From Candidatus Campbellbacteria bacterium (GTDB taxonomy: Bacteria > Patescibacteriota > Minisyncoccia > Phycocordibacterales > JAXHMZ01): a stretch of DNA of 64,000 bases. Each line of letters begins with the position of its first letter. Within the stretch, counting starts at the first letter, position 1. Made by a program: the position numbers and the translations under genes. The stretch spans positions 15,726-79,725 of the forward strand of contig JAXHMZ010000003.1 of NCBI GenBank assembly GCA_034521025.1. Reading direction: 5' to 3'. A model generated the notes under the pieces. The model searched no databases, was not told the origin of the DNA, and saw only the letters and a list, made by a program, of their open reading frames with translations. This document shows positions 30,326-39,370 of this stretch, piece after piece.

Positions 30326-31456
30326 TCAGGATTCGGTTGCTCGTATCGTTACGTCGACATTCTGCTCTGAATCGCACGAGGTGGAGCTTGGCGCTGTGAT
30401 ACGCAGGTCCAGATCCTGTGTTCCAGAAGCAGGCACATTTGTGGCCAGCTGTTGATACGACGTAGTGATATAGGTCCAGTTTGTGCCGCTGTCAGTGCTA
30501 AATTCATGCACGTACTGGTCAGTTCCGGCACTCGTGGCAAGTGTCCATGGGCAAGCCGTGTCTTGGCCTATTATTTCAAAATTTTCATTCACGTTTCCTT
30601 CATTAGTGATCGTTTGAGTATCGCTCAGGTTGAGAGTATTCTCAGTGGTTCCTGTTTCTACGAGTCCGTATGACACCGCTCCGTCACTCACCGATACCGA
30701 GATAACTGTGGCAACGGGCTCATTGAGAGCAATGGTCTGACAGAGCCAATCTCCACTGCTTCCTACTGTCGCTGAGCTCGACTGAGCGCCGGTTGCCCGA
30801 AGATCGGCAACTCCACTGAGCACTCTATCGCGTCCCGGACCTTTGCCTGTGTTCTGATCAATCCGTTCTGTAAAGGAATTATTCCAGGAACCGCCAAAAT
30901 TATCGTCTACATTTATGTGTGCCGCCGTGATATATAGATGATCTTCCGTACCCGGGTTAACACTCGGACATGACACTCCGCTCCCCGTTCCGGTCGCGGA
31001 CGAGGTGGTGTCCACCAAGTCGCTCGTATCCAGACCACTATACTCCAGAGCCATTGCATGCGTAGCTGATGTAGCGTTATTGTTACAAGTAAACGTAGTT
31101 TCACCGCCCGAGGCAACAGTATAGTAACTCACCACCGAAGGAACCGTGTTGTTATCAGATCGAATCTCGGTAAAACCACTAGGGATTGTAAACGTCGTAC
31201 TCGTATCGCTACTGCATATAACGACAATAACGTTATCGGCGGTAGCGCCTGTTGCAAACGTTGCGTCTACCGTACCGTTTCTGTGGTGTCCGTCACCACC
31301 ACCTTGTACAAACGCGCTCGCCGCTTGCACTCGCTTGACCTCAGGGGGAAATGACGGATTTTGACCCAATTGAGGCCAGCCGACCATAACCCACACAGCA
31401 AATACAAAAGTGGTGCCAAAAAATAACAGAAGATCATTTATTTTGAGCATATTCAA
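30326..31456 (-). CDS. Secreted two-domain surface protein, putative adhesin
   Basis: Signal/TM segment, Ser/Thr-rich beta domain, C-terminal domain paralogous to 29667-30230. Confidence 0.75.
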   Translation of the reverse strand: MNMLKINDLLLFFGTTFVFAVWVMVGWPQLGQNPSFPPEVKRVQAASAFVQGGGDGHHRNGTVDATFATGATADNVIVVICSSDTSTTFTIPSGFTEIRSDNNTVPSVVSYYTVASGGETTFTCNNNATSATHAMALEYSGLDTSDLVDTTSSATGTGSGVSCPSVNPGTEDHLYITAAHINVDDNFGGSWNNSFTERIDQNTGKGPGRDRVLSGVADLRATGAQSSSATVGSSGDWLCQTIALNEPVATVISVSVSDGAVSYGLVETGTTENTLNLSDTQTITNEGNVNENFEIIGQDTACPWTLATSAGTDQYVHEFSTDSGTNWTYITTSYQQLATNVPASGTQDLDLRITAPSSTSCDSEQNVDVTIRATES

Positions 31457-31616
31457 TCTAATGATATCAGAAATAAGTATTTTTCTACACTAAGTTATCC
31501 GGTTCGCCGCGAAGAATCGAGGTTTAACTACTATGACGTTAGTATACAAAAACAGCACAAGCAAACTTGATCTTAAATCAGTCAATCTGCCAGTTTGACC
31601 ATTCTTTAATAAATAA

Positions 31617-32054
31617 TCATTCGATATTTGTATGCTCAAATTCCAAATTGTGTGGTTGAAACGCTCCAGACCGGAGGGTTTGCCCAAGTTCTTCTTCAAT
31701 TGCCGCTAAATTAGGAGAGCTTCCTTTCCGTGCCCAACAATAACCGTCTCTCCATATTGTGGTAATAGTTTCTCCTTTGTCATTAACCTCGGACCCATAC
31801 ATAAAGTCCTGATCTCTCATCTCTTCGAGATTGGGATGATTCATTATCATCGGATTCTCATTTATATCAGTAAAACCAAATTTACGCATAACCTTAGCGG
31901 TTTCCCAGTGGTCAATATTGGGTTCAGATTCGGCTTTTATCTCATTGTCCTCCGGATTTTCTTCTAGGTTTTCTTCGGGAGTGGTTATGTTTTCAGACTC
32001 TTCCTCTTTGTTATCTTGTCCTTGAGGGAAGTTCTCTATACCTGAGTGTTCCAT
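31617..32054 (-). CDS. Hypothetical protein with acidic N-terminus
   Basis: 145-aa ORF. Confidence 0.55.
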   Translation of the reverse strand: MEHSGIENFPQGQDNKEEESENITTPEENLEENPEDNEIKAESEPNIDHWETAKVMRKFGFTDINENPMIMNHPNLEEMRDQDFMYGSEVNDKGETITTIWRDGYCWARKGSSPNLAAIEEELGQTLRSGAFQPHNLEFEHTNIE

Positions 32055-32181
32055 ATTTATATATACGTTTGAACTCTAATTAGAATAACAATTTAAGTAT
32101 ACAAGAAACCAATAGCAAGTAAAAACCGCTTTATATAAAACTTGATTAAAATAAGACGGTTCTAAAGTTTGTAATAAAAGT

Positions 32182-32203
32182 AGTCAACCTGCCAGGTTGA
32201 CTG
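32182..32203. repeat. REP-like palindrome (GTCAACC..GGTTGAC family)
   Basis: agtcaacctgccaggttgactg. Confidence 0.75.
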
Positions 32204-32280
32204 CTTGATGCACCGCTCGGTCTGGCTTCTACATGCTCAAGTTCCGCAATGTAGAGCGGAACTAACAGATTGACTTTGTC

Positions 32281-32472
32281 TTAACAGCAGTTTTTCTTTT
32301 CTGAGCTGTAGACAACAACGCCGAGCGCCACGGCAATAGCTATGTTAACGCCGACTTCACTACTTGTGATCTGACCATCAAGTGAATGTGTGCCCAGAAG
32401 AAGAACAATAAAAAACAGTGTTGCAACGACTCCTTTTGCTTTTGGAGTTTTAAGTTTTTCGGGTATATGCAT
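32281..32472 (-). CDS. Small two-TM membrane protein
   Basis: Two hydrophobic segments; downstream hairpin ~32239-32262. Confidence 0.5.
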   Translation of the reverse strand: MHIPEKLKTPKAKGVVATLFFIVLLLGTHSLDGQITSSEVGVNIAIAVALGVVVYSSEKKNCC

Positions 32473-32550
32473 AACGAATGTATATTAAAACATCAGCATA
32501 TAATGAGTCAATTAACAAAAATCACAATCATTGGGCGATTTTTTAACAAG

Positions 32551-32622
32551 CTCCGCGGGCTGGATTCGAACCAGCGACCTACCGGTTAACAGCCGGTTGC
32601 TCTACCGCTGAGCTACCACGGA
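32551..32622 (-). tRNA. tRNA-Asn (GTT), CCA not encoded
   Basis: Reverse complement tccgtggtagctcagcggtagagcaaccggct-gtt-aaccggtaggtcgctggttcgaatccagcccgcggag folds as a cloverleaf. Confidence 0.95.
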
Positions 32623-32762
32623 ATATCTTTTGCATTATAAATCTACAGCCGCAAATGAGCAATCCTTGCTCATAAGCATGCGCAATAGTACCAAAGTTTT
32701 TTGGATAAGGAAAGACTAGTTTATTCGCGTGTAATTGTTAAAATATAGACAACTGAAATGGT

Positions 32763-32978
32763 ATGCATCTGAAAGTAAAAGTATATCCGGGATCTAAAAA
32801 AGAGTCAGTTCACAAAGAGGATTTTGACAAGCTAGAAATATACGTCAGAGAAAAAGCTGAACAAGGGAAGGTAAATAGGCGAGTAACAGAAGTTTTAAAG
32901 AATTTGTACTCTGATCCTTCGATAAAAATGGTAGCGGGACATAGATCGCAAAACAAAATATTTGAGATTAATTCTTAA
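32763..32978 (+). CDS. DUF167/YggU family protein
   Basis: VKVYPGSKKE, A.QGKVN, GHRSQNKIFEI. Confidence 0.8.
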   Translation: MHLKVKVYPGSKKESVHKEDFDKLEIYVREKAEQGKVNRRVTEVLKNLYSDPSIKMVAGHRSQNKIFEINS

Positions 32979-32989
32979 CACACAAAACT

Positions 32990-33364
32990 ATGAAAACACG
33001 TATCAAGGCAACTAATATGGAACTGACCGATCCGATCAGAGATTATCTAAACGAGAAATTAAAAGATGTAGAAAAATTTATTCCTAAAAATGAAAGTGAA
33101 CCCAACGTAGATATAGAGATCGGCAAAACCACGAACCATCATAGCTCCGGTGAAGATCTATATTTCGCAGAAATAAACGTAAATGTGAAAGGTGATCTCT
33201 ATCGATATGTATCTGAAAATGCGGAGCTATACGCGGCCATAGACAAAATGAAGGATGAAATTATCCGTGAACTAAGGAGAAATAAAGAAAAGAAGCGCGA
33301 TCTTTTTAGACGAGGCGCTCTCAAATTTAAAAATATGATCCGAGGGATCAGAGGAGGGAAGTAA
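32990..33364 (+). CDS. raiA: Ribosome hibernation factor (HPF/RaiA)
   Basis: NMELTDPIRDYLNEKL, LYAAIDKM. Confidence 0.88.
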   Translation: MKTRIKATNMELTDPIRDYLNEKLKDVEKFIPKNESEPNVDIEIGKTTNHHSSGEDLYFAEINVNVKGDLYRYVSENAELYAAIDKMKDEIIRELRRNKEKKRDLFRRGALKFKNMIRGIRGGK

Positions 33365-33368
33365 ATCT

Positions 33369-34235
33369 CTATAGATCAGCGCTCTTCTTAAATTCTTCGA
33401 AATCCATTTCTTTAGCTCCTTCGGGTATTACTTTCTCGATTAGTAGCTTGTTGTCTTTTTTGTTGTAGTCAACTTTTGTAACCACCACTCGAACATTCTT
33501 TCCTTTAAATTCAGCAAAGAAATGAGGTCTAAATCTTTTATACGCCCTTATTTTTAGAAAGTTGTGATAGGGATCATCGGAGAGACTTATCTTGGCGTCT
33601 TCTTTTTTGATCTTGGGAGTATAAGTAGCTTCCTCGTGGTCTTGTTCCTTGGGATCAATTTCACCACCAATATATGAAATGAGAGATTCTGCCAAAAGTT
33701 CTCCCCCTAAATCCGCGAGTATTTTTTCCAGCTCTATCGCGTCAGGTATCGAGCTCGGCCTGTTTATTGATTCTTGCGCAAGAATGGGACCGTGATCCAT
33801 TTTCTCATCCATAAACATTATGGTTACTCCTATATCTTCTTCGTCTGCCAAAATTTGAGACTCTATAGGGGATGCGCCACGGTACTTTGGCAAGAGTGAA
33901 GGATGAACGTTTATTGAGCCGTAACGAGGGGTCGAAAGTACAGATTCAGGTATTATCTTTCCGTAAGCGGCGACAACACTACAATCAAGTTCGTAGTCGC
34001 GCAGTGTCTCCAAAAATTCCGGTTGGTTTAATTTATCCGGAGTTAGAACCGGGATCTCTTTTTGCTGTGCCCAGCTCTTCACTGGAGTGGGTTGTAGCTT
34101 TTGCCCTCTGCCACGAGGCCTATCGGGGGAACTTATTACAACCTCGGGGGCTAACCCGTGTTCTTCGAGGATATTTAAAATTCGGACGGAAAAATCCGGA
34201 GTGCCAAAAAACGCGAATCGTGGTGAATTAATCAT
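33369..34235 (-). CDS. fmt: Methionyl-tRNA formyltransferase
   Basis: FFGTPDFS, PDRPRGRG, NVHPSLLPKYRGASPI, MDHGPI. Confidence 0.95.
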   Translation of the reverse strand: MINSPRFAFFGTPDFSVRILNILEEHGLAPEVVISSPDRPRGRGQKLQPTPVKSWAQQKEIPVLTPDKLNQPEFLETLRDYELDCSVVAAYGKIIPESVLSTPRYGSINVHPSLLPKYRGASPIESQILADEEDIGVTIMFMDEKMDHGPILAQESINRPSSIPDAIELEKILADLGGELLAESLISYIGGEIDPKEQDHEEATYTPKIKKEDAKISLSDDPYHNFLKIRAYKRFRPHFFAEFKGKNVRVVVTKVDYNKKDNKLLIEKVIPEGAKEMDFEEFKKSADL

Positions 34236-34764
34236 GGAGAAGTTCTTTAGGATTATCTTCTGATTGTGATTCTGGTGGAATATCTCTAACATTGTCTGCT
34301 TTATCAATGAACAGTACTCCATCCAAGTGATCCAGCTCGTGCTGGAAGGCCTGCGCTATAACTCCACTGGCGCCATACACAATGCGCTTGCCGTTCTCAT
34401 CATATGCCTCGACAGTTGCCTTTTCGAAACGTTCAACATCACCATAGAGCCAGCGAACAGAAAGACAGCCCTCTTCCACGACCTTGGTCTTTTTGGAGTG
34501 TTTAATAAGTTTTGGGTTTATAAATACTAGGTCTTTTGCGAGACCTTCTTGATTATTGGGTAAAATGTGTTTCGAGATAATAAAAATACGGACCAATTCA
34601 CCGATTTGAGGAGCGGCTATGGCGGCCGCATCTTCTTCTTTGTCCATAGCTCCTTTCATATCTCTAATTACACCACGAATATACTCAGAAGAAATTTCTT
34701 CCGGTTTAACTTCGCGCGCCGATTTACGCAACAAGGCCTCGTCTTTTTGCAGTATTTCTTTCAT
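34228..34764 (-). CDS. def: Peptide deformylase
   Basis: IAAPQIG, EGCLSV, QHELDHLDG. Confidence 0.95.
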   Translation of the reverse strand: MKEILQKDEALLRKSAREVKPEEISSEYIRGVIRDMKGAMDKEEDAAAIAAPQIGELVRIFIISKHILPNNQEGLAKDLVFINPKLIKHSKKTKVVEEGCLSVRWLYGDVERFEKATVEAYDENGKRIVYGASGVIAQAFQHELDHLDGVLFIDKADNVRDIPPESQSEDNPKELLHD

Positions 34765-34776
34765 TCAAAAGTAATG

Positions 34777-36696
34777 CTACCACAAGTTTTGTGGATTTAC
34801 ATATATTTCAATATCCGGTGGTAATGAGCGCAAAAACCGCCTGATCTTCTGTGCTTTCCTAAGATCACGGCTTAACTTTAGTAGTATAACCGCCTTATAA
34901 ATTCCTCGTTTTTTTGTACCGTGTAGTACCGGGGAATATATAGCTTCACTTTTTTCAAGCAACTCTTTTAGCTTGATAGATATATTTTCTCTGGTGTTTA
35001 TGGCTTCATTTTTTTTCTTACTGATAGCTAACTCCACAAGAGTGCTGTACGGTGGATACCCTAGCGCTTTCCTCATTTTTGACTCCTCCTTTCTGAATTC
35101 ATTTAAGTCAATTCCTCTATAGTGGGGAAATATGCGGTGTTCTTTACGTCTGGTTTGTAGGATCATCTTCTCTTTGCTTAGAGAAAGAATTGAAAGCATA
35201 GTGCGCAACGCCATTTCCTCAGAGGTATAAGACGGTATAGCTAAACGCGAATCAATAGATACAATTCCTGATACATCTACTTTATTTTCTTCAAGATAAG
35301 GTAGGGCTATATCGGTTCCAATTATTAATCTACTTTTTTCTGATTCAAAAATGTTCTTTAAAATTTCTTTTGTTTTAGTTTTTGTTGTCGCAGTGTCGCC
35401 GGAAAAAACGATCGGGGAAGCGAAATGCTTCGTCGCTTCCTCGACCACTCGGTCTACTCCGATACCCAGCGGCTCCAACCGCCAACTCTCACAATTCCTA
35501 CATAGCGCGTTAGCAGATTCCTGATTGCCGCACCGATGGCAAATAAAAATTCTTTTTTCTTCTCCTTCGTCTCGCTTTTTGTGCAAGACCAAGGACGATC
35601 CACATTTCTCACAGGTGTATTCATTGCCACAATCACTACAAACAGTAGAAGGGAAAAGACCGCGTCTTGAAACGAACCAAAAGACTCTCTTGTTTTCTTT
35701 TAGAGCTTCATCAGTGGCTTTGATCAACTCCTCTGACAATAGTTTAAATTTCTGCTTGGCAGTCGACTTTTTATCGTCCTCAATCATACTAATGAGCTCC
35801 GAGTCTGCTTTTGAGTACAGAGTATCTAATTCTTTTGTATTCTTGTTTTTAGTTTGTATAAGGGGAATGAACACGTCGCCAAACAGCAAACGCCCACCGT
35901 TTTGGCTTGCCATAAGTTCAAAAACTAGGCGAGCATCCAAATGCGGTCTTTTGATATTAAAAAAGGACTCTGAGGCGCTGTTCTCAAGAATATAAAGAGA
36001 CTGCTTAGGTAAAGAAAGAGAAAGAAACTTTGAGGTAAGTACGACAACAGTAGGACTCTCGCGCTCGGCCAGAAAATTCCATGTCTCTCGTTGTTTTTTC
36101 GCGGAAAGACGAGATGAAAGTTCGAAAGCCGAATCCGGAAAATGATCTTTTAGCTTTTCTGTAATGCGTTTTGCGCCGTATACGGTAGGCGCAAGAACCA
36201 TTACCGATTCGCCCTTATCAAAAACTTTATTTATTTCCTCGGCGTACTCCTGAATTCTTTCCCCATATGGACGTTGAATAGATTTTTTGGTCGGTTTTTT
36301 CTTGCTGTTCATTTCCTTGGCCTCAGCCACATCGGTGTTACCTAACACCGATACTGGTGTTAGGGAATGTAGGACACTGCCCGGAGAAGTAGCGTAAAAA
36401 TCAGAAACTTCTTGGACTGTTTTTAAAAAAGAGGATCTGAATATTTTCTTTGGTGTTTGTTTTTTTATCTTTCTTAATGAAAAATTGGCGTTTTTTATCT
36501 CTGCCTTGGACTTTTTCACCGAAGAGGCGGAAACTACTATTCCATAGCGATCTTTAGCTCTAAGGGGTACCGTTATGAGCGCACCCGGTTCATATGGTTG
36601 AATTGAAAAATACGTAACGGAAGATTCACGAAAACCGCTTACTAAAGGCATAACTTCCAACACGAACATTTTTTCAGTTGCTTCCATTTGTTTCAT
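34777..36696 (-). CDS. priA: Primosomal protein N' with degenerate helicase motifs
   Basis: N-terminal 3'BD-like region, four CxxC pairs, GIGVDRV, R..LGYPPY; Walker A and DExH absent. Confidence 0.85.
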   Translation of the reverse strand: MKQMEATEKMFVLEVMPLVSGFRESSVTYFSIQPYEPGALITVPLRAKDRYGIVVSASSVKKSKAEIKNANFSLRKIKKQTPKKIFRSSFLKTVQEVSDFYATSPGSVLHSLTPVSVLGNTDVAEAKEMNSKKKPTKKSIQRPYGERIQEYAEEINKVFDKGESVMVLAPTVYGAKRITEKLKDHFPDSAFELSSRLSAKKQRETWNFLAERESPTVVVLTSKFLSLSLPKQSLYILENSASESFFNIKRPHLDARLVFELMASQNGGRLLFGDVFIPLIQTKNKNTKELDTLYSKADSELISMIEDDKKSTAKQKFKLLSEELIKATDEALKENKRVFWFVSRRGLFPSTVCSDCGNEYTCEKCGSSLVLHKKRDEGEEKRIFICHRCGNQESANALCRNCESWRLEPLGIGVDRVVEEATKHFASPIVFSGDTATTKTKTKEILKNIFESEKSRLIIGTDIALPYLEENKVDVSGIVSIDSRLAIPSYTSEEMALRTMLSILSLSKEKMILQTRRKEHRIFPHYRGIDLNEFRKEESKMRKALGYPPYSTLVELAISKKKNEAINTRENISIKLKELLEKSEAIYSPVLHGTKKRGIYKAVILLKLSRDLRKAQKIRRFLRSLPPDIEIYVNPQNLW

Positions 36697-36716
36697 TCCA
36701 TTTTATCATTACAAAA

Positions 36717-36744
36717 CAAACCCTGCCTGTACAGGCAAGGTTTG
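36717..36744. repeat. Palindrome / terminator
   Basis: caaaccctgcctgt|acaggcaaggtttg. Confidence 0.6.
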
Positions 36745-36768
36745 CTCTTACGATAAATGTGAAGATAT

Positions 36769-37602
36769 TTAATTTAGGACCACTCGGGAGATCTCACCTC
36801 CGTCTGAAATATATATCTCCCCGTCAACAACGCGGAAAGCGGGGGCGGTAGCAGGAGTAGGATCAACGTATACAGGTTGATAGTTTTGAGTTCCTCTTCG
36901 ATCGATCTCCAAAGCCGCAATAACTGATCCGCGGTCCAATATGAGCATTTGATCATATTCACCAAAGAAGTCTAGATTTTCAACGGAGCCCGACTGAAAA
37001 CTGAACACGGGTTGTACTCGGCACTCTTCTACATTTTCACCGGGACACAAAAACTCAGGGAGGTTATCTACTTCGCCGTCCCAGGCGGCAAAAATAGTGT
37101 CAGCGTCCACATACAAATTGATGCTTTCAGAATTGTTTGCTAGAGGAGATTGCTCTCTCGGCAGAGAAGCAGGCGTTGAGAACGCTTCCTCTACTTCAGC
37201 TGAATCCACTTCTTCAAGTTCCGCCTCAGTTGGAAACAGTATTGGGTAAAATTCAGTATTTGTATCTTCGCTCACTTCCAACTCCTTTTTCCAAGGATAA
37301 TATTCTTCGCCCCTATTGGCTAAAAGCTGGTAGCTCCCGGGCTCTAGTTCAATACCAAGTTCACCCGAATCCGGTACACTAAAAGATCTCGGATCAGAAT
37401 CAGAGCTACCTTCTGATGAGTCTTCATCATCAACTCCGTCGGTATTTACGGCAATGATCTCGGTTCCAGCCGGAGCAAAGACAGTTATATTTGCTCCGTC
37501 GTTTCCGCCCAAGCCTTCGTTTCCTCTAAGTCCAAACCAGAGTGCCAAACCTGATAATAGGATCACAATAACAACCGCTACTGGAATAATTTGTTTTTTC
37601 AT
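36769..37602 (-). CDS. Membrane-anchored acidic protein (PEGA-like segment)
   Basis: N-terminal TM; LEPGSYQL...YYPWKKELEV. Confidence 0.65.
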   Translation of the reverse strand: MKKQIIPVAVVIVILLSGLALWFGLRGNEGLGGNDGANITVFAPAGTEIIAVNTDGVDDEDSSEGSSDSDPRSFSVPDSGELGIELEPGSYQLLANRGEEYYPWKKELEVSEDTNTEFYPILFPTEAELEEVDSAEVEEAFSTPASLPREQSPLANNSESINLYVDADTIFAAWDGEVDNLPEFLCPGENVEECRVQPVFSFQSGSVENLDFFGEYDQMLILDRGSVIAALEIDRRGTQNYQPVYVDPTPATAPAFRVVDGEIYISDGGEISRVVLN

Positions 37603-37704
37603 CTTTAATTTATCGTTTATTTACGCTGAATATAAACACAATTGTACAAGAAAGTATTGAGCTGTAAATAGAGACCTGATCTGCTAGGTTCGCCCAGACA
37701 GAAA

Positions 37705-39222
37705 TTAGAACTCCCGCAACACTTTTATTTTAGCTCCCAAATTATTAAGTCGGAGAATGATATCTTCATATCCTCGGTTTATACTGTAGATATTTCTCAG
37801 GGTAGAAACCCCGCTCGCGGCTAGCATTCCTATGAGAATCACTGCGCCCGGTCTGAGTGCCGGGGGACAGATCACTTCAGCTCCGCGTAGTTTGCTTGGA
37901 CCTGTTATATAAAGTCTGTGCTGATCCATAAGCACCGTATCAGCTCCAAGTTTATCTAGGTCCTTATAATAAACGGCTCTTTTCTCGTACATCCAATCAT
38001 GTATCAAAGTTTGTCCTTCTGCCTGTGTGGCTATAACAGTAAAGAAGGGCAGATTGTCGGGGTTTAATCCCGGATAAGGGAGAGAGTGCAATTTGTCCGG
38101 AAGCGCCTTAAGTGAAGACGGGAAAGTTTTGATATCAACCAGGTCAGTTTTTCCGTTTTTGGCCTTATATCTGTTTACTATTTTGTATTTAAAGCCCATT
38201 TTCTCTAGTTTTAGAAGCTCTACCTCCAGAAAGTCAATGGGGCAACGCTCAATTATTATCGAAGACTTTGTAACGATCGCCGAAGACAAAAAGAACATTG
38301 ACTCGATCGGGTCTTCCGACACATGATAGGTCACAGGAATATCAATCTCCTCCAAACCGTTAACCTTTAGAGTAGTAGATCCTATGCCTTCGATCTTTAC
38401 ACCCAAACTTTCAAGGAAAAAACACAGATCCTGAACCTGATAATTAGCCGAGGCATATTTTATTATTGTCTCACCGGGTATCTTAGCGGCGGTCATAATA
38501 GCATTTTCGGTAACCGTATCGCCTGATTCATACAAAACAATTTCAGAAGGTTTTAGACCTCTGTGCGATATACGATACGAGTTGTCGGTCTCTTGAAATT
38601 TTACTCCAAAATTTTCTAGAGCATAAAAATGAGGGCGTACAGTACGAGCCCCTAACTTGCAACCGCCCGGTTCCGGTAAAGTAAATTTTTTAAATCGATG
38701 CAAAAAGGGAGCAATGAACATAATGATGCTCCTGGTTTTGGCGGCGGACTCCGTATTAAGGTTATCGAGATTGAAATTTTCAGGAGGAGTGATCGAAAGG
38801 TCGTTTTCGTGCCACTTAACCGATGCGCCCAAACTCTCAAGAACTTCGGCCAAGCGATAAACCTCTTCAATTTTAGGGATATTTTTAAGCGTGGTTGTAC
38901 TGTTGTTCAATAGCGCCGCAGACATAAGCGCTACAGTAGCATTCTTTGAGGTCCTGGTTTCTATTTTGCCTTTAAGTTTTCGCCCACCTTCAACCTGAAT
39001 ATTTAAAGCGCCTTTAGAGACAACAACTATATCTCTGTCTAAAGCCTTGCTGATCTTGGATAGCATTTCGGCCGATAAATTTTGTTCGCCATTTTCGATT
39101 CTCGCCACCACGCTTTGTGTGGTAGAAAGCTTTCTCGCCAAATCCGATTGAGTTAGATCGCGTTCTTTTCGAAGATTTCTAATTAGGCTTCCTATATGGG
39201 TTAAGTTTGCGGTTCCAGTCAT
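37705..39222 (-). CDS. murA: UDP-N-acetylglucosamine 1-carboxyvinyltransferase with N-terminal XRE HTH
   Basis: LRKERDLTQSDLA...VARIENGEQNLS HTH; SKNA, PGGCKLGAR, INRGYE. Confidence 0.92.
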   Translation of the reverse strand: MTGTANLTHIGSLIRNLRKERDLTQSDLARKLSTTQSVVARIENGEQNLSAEMLSKISKALDRDIVVVSKGALNIQVEGGRKLKGKIETRTSKNATVALMSAALLNNSTTTLKNIPKIEEVYRLAEVLESLGASVKWHENDLSITPPENFNLDNLNTESAAKTRSIIMFIAPFLHRFKKFTLPEPGGCKLGARTVRPHFYALENFGVKFQETDNSYRISHRGLKPSEIVLYESGDTVTENAIMTAAKIPGETIIKYASANYQVQDLCFFLESLGVKIEGIGSTTLKVNGLEEIDIPVTYHVSEDPIESMFFLSSAIVTKSSIIIERCPIDFLEVELLKLEKMGFKYKIVNRYKAKNGKTDLVDIKTFPSSLKALPDKLHSLPYPGLNPDNLPFFTVIATQAEGQTLIHDWMYEKRAVYYKDLDKLGADTVLMDQHRLYITGPSKLRGAEVICPPALRPGAVILIGMLAASGVSTLRNIYSINRGYEDIILRLNNLGAKIKVLREF

Positions 39223-39252
39223 TAATTAAATTTCAAGTGATAACTCTAGGAG

Positions 39253-39270
39253 TATAGCATCTATGCTATA
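39253..39270. promoter_or_regulatory. Palindromic operator candidate upstream of HTH-murA
   Basis: tatagcat-ct-atgctata, 31 bp upstream of the murA start. Confidence 0.6.
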
Positions 39271-39370
39271 TATTTTAAGTTTTTTTGTGGAAAACTTGAT
39301 CTCTGTTTATTAAAGAGACGGCAGAGTAATTTGAAAAAATAGCTAAAGAAGCTTACTATATTACTAACTT

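Noticed and set aside
15342-32472. Prophage in the CPR accessory region
   Set aside because: No terminase, capsid, portal or integrase genes recognised; gene orientation is mixed
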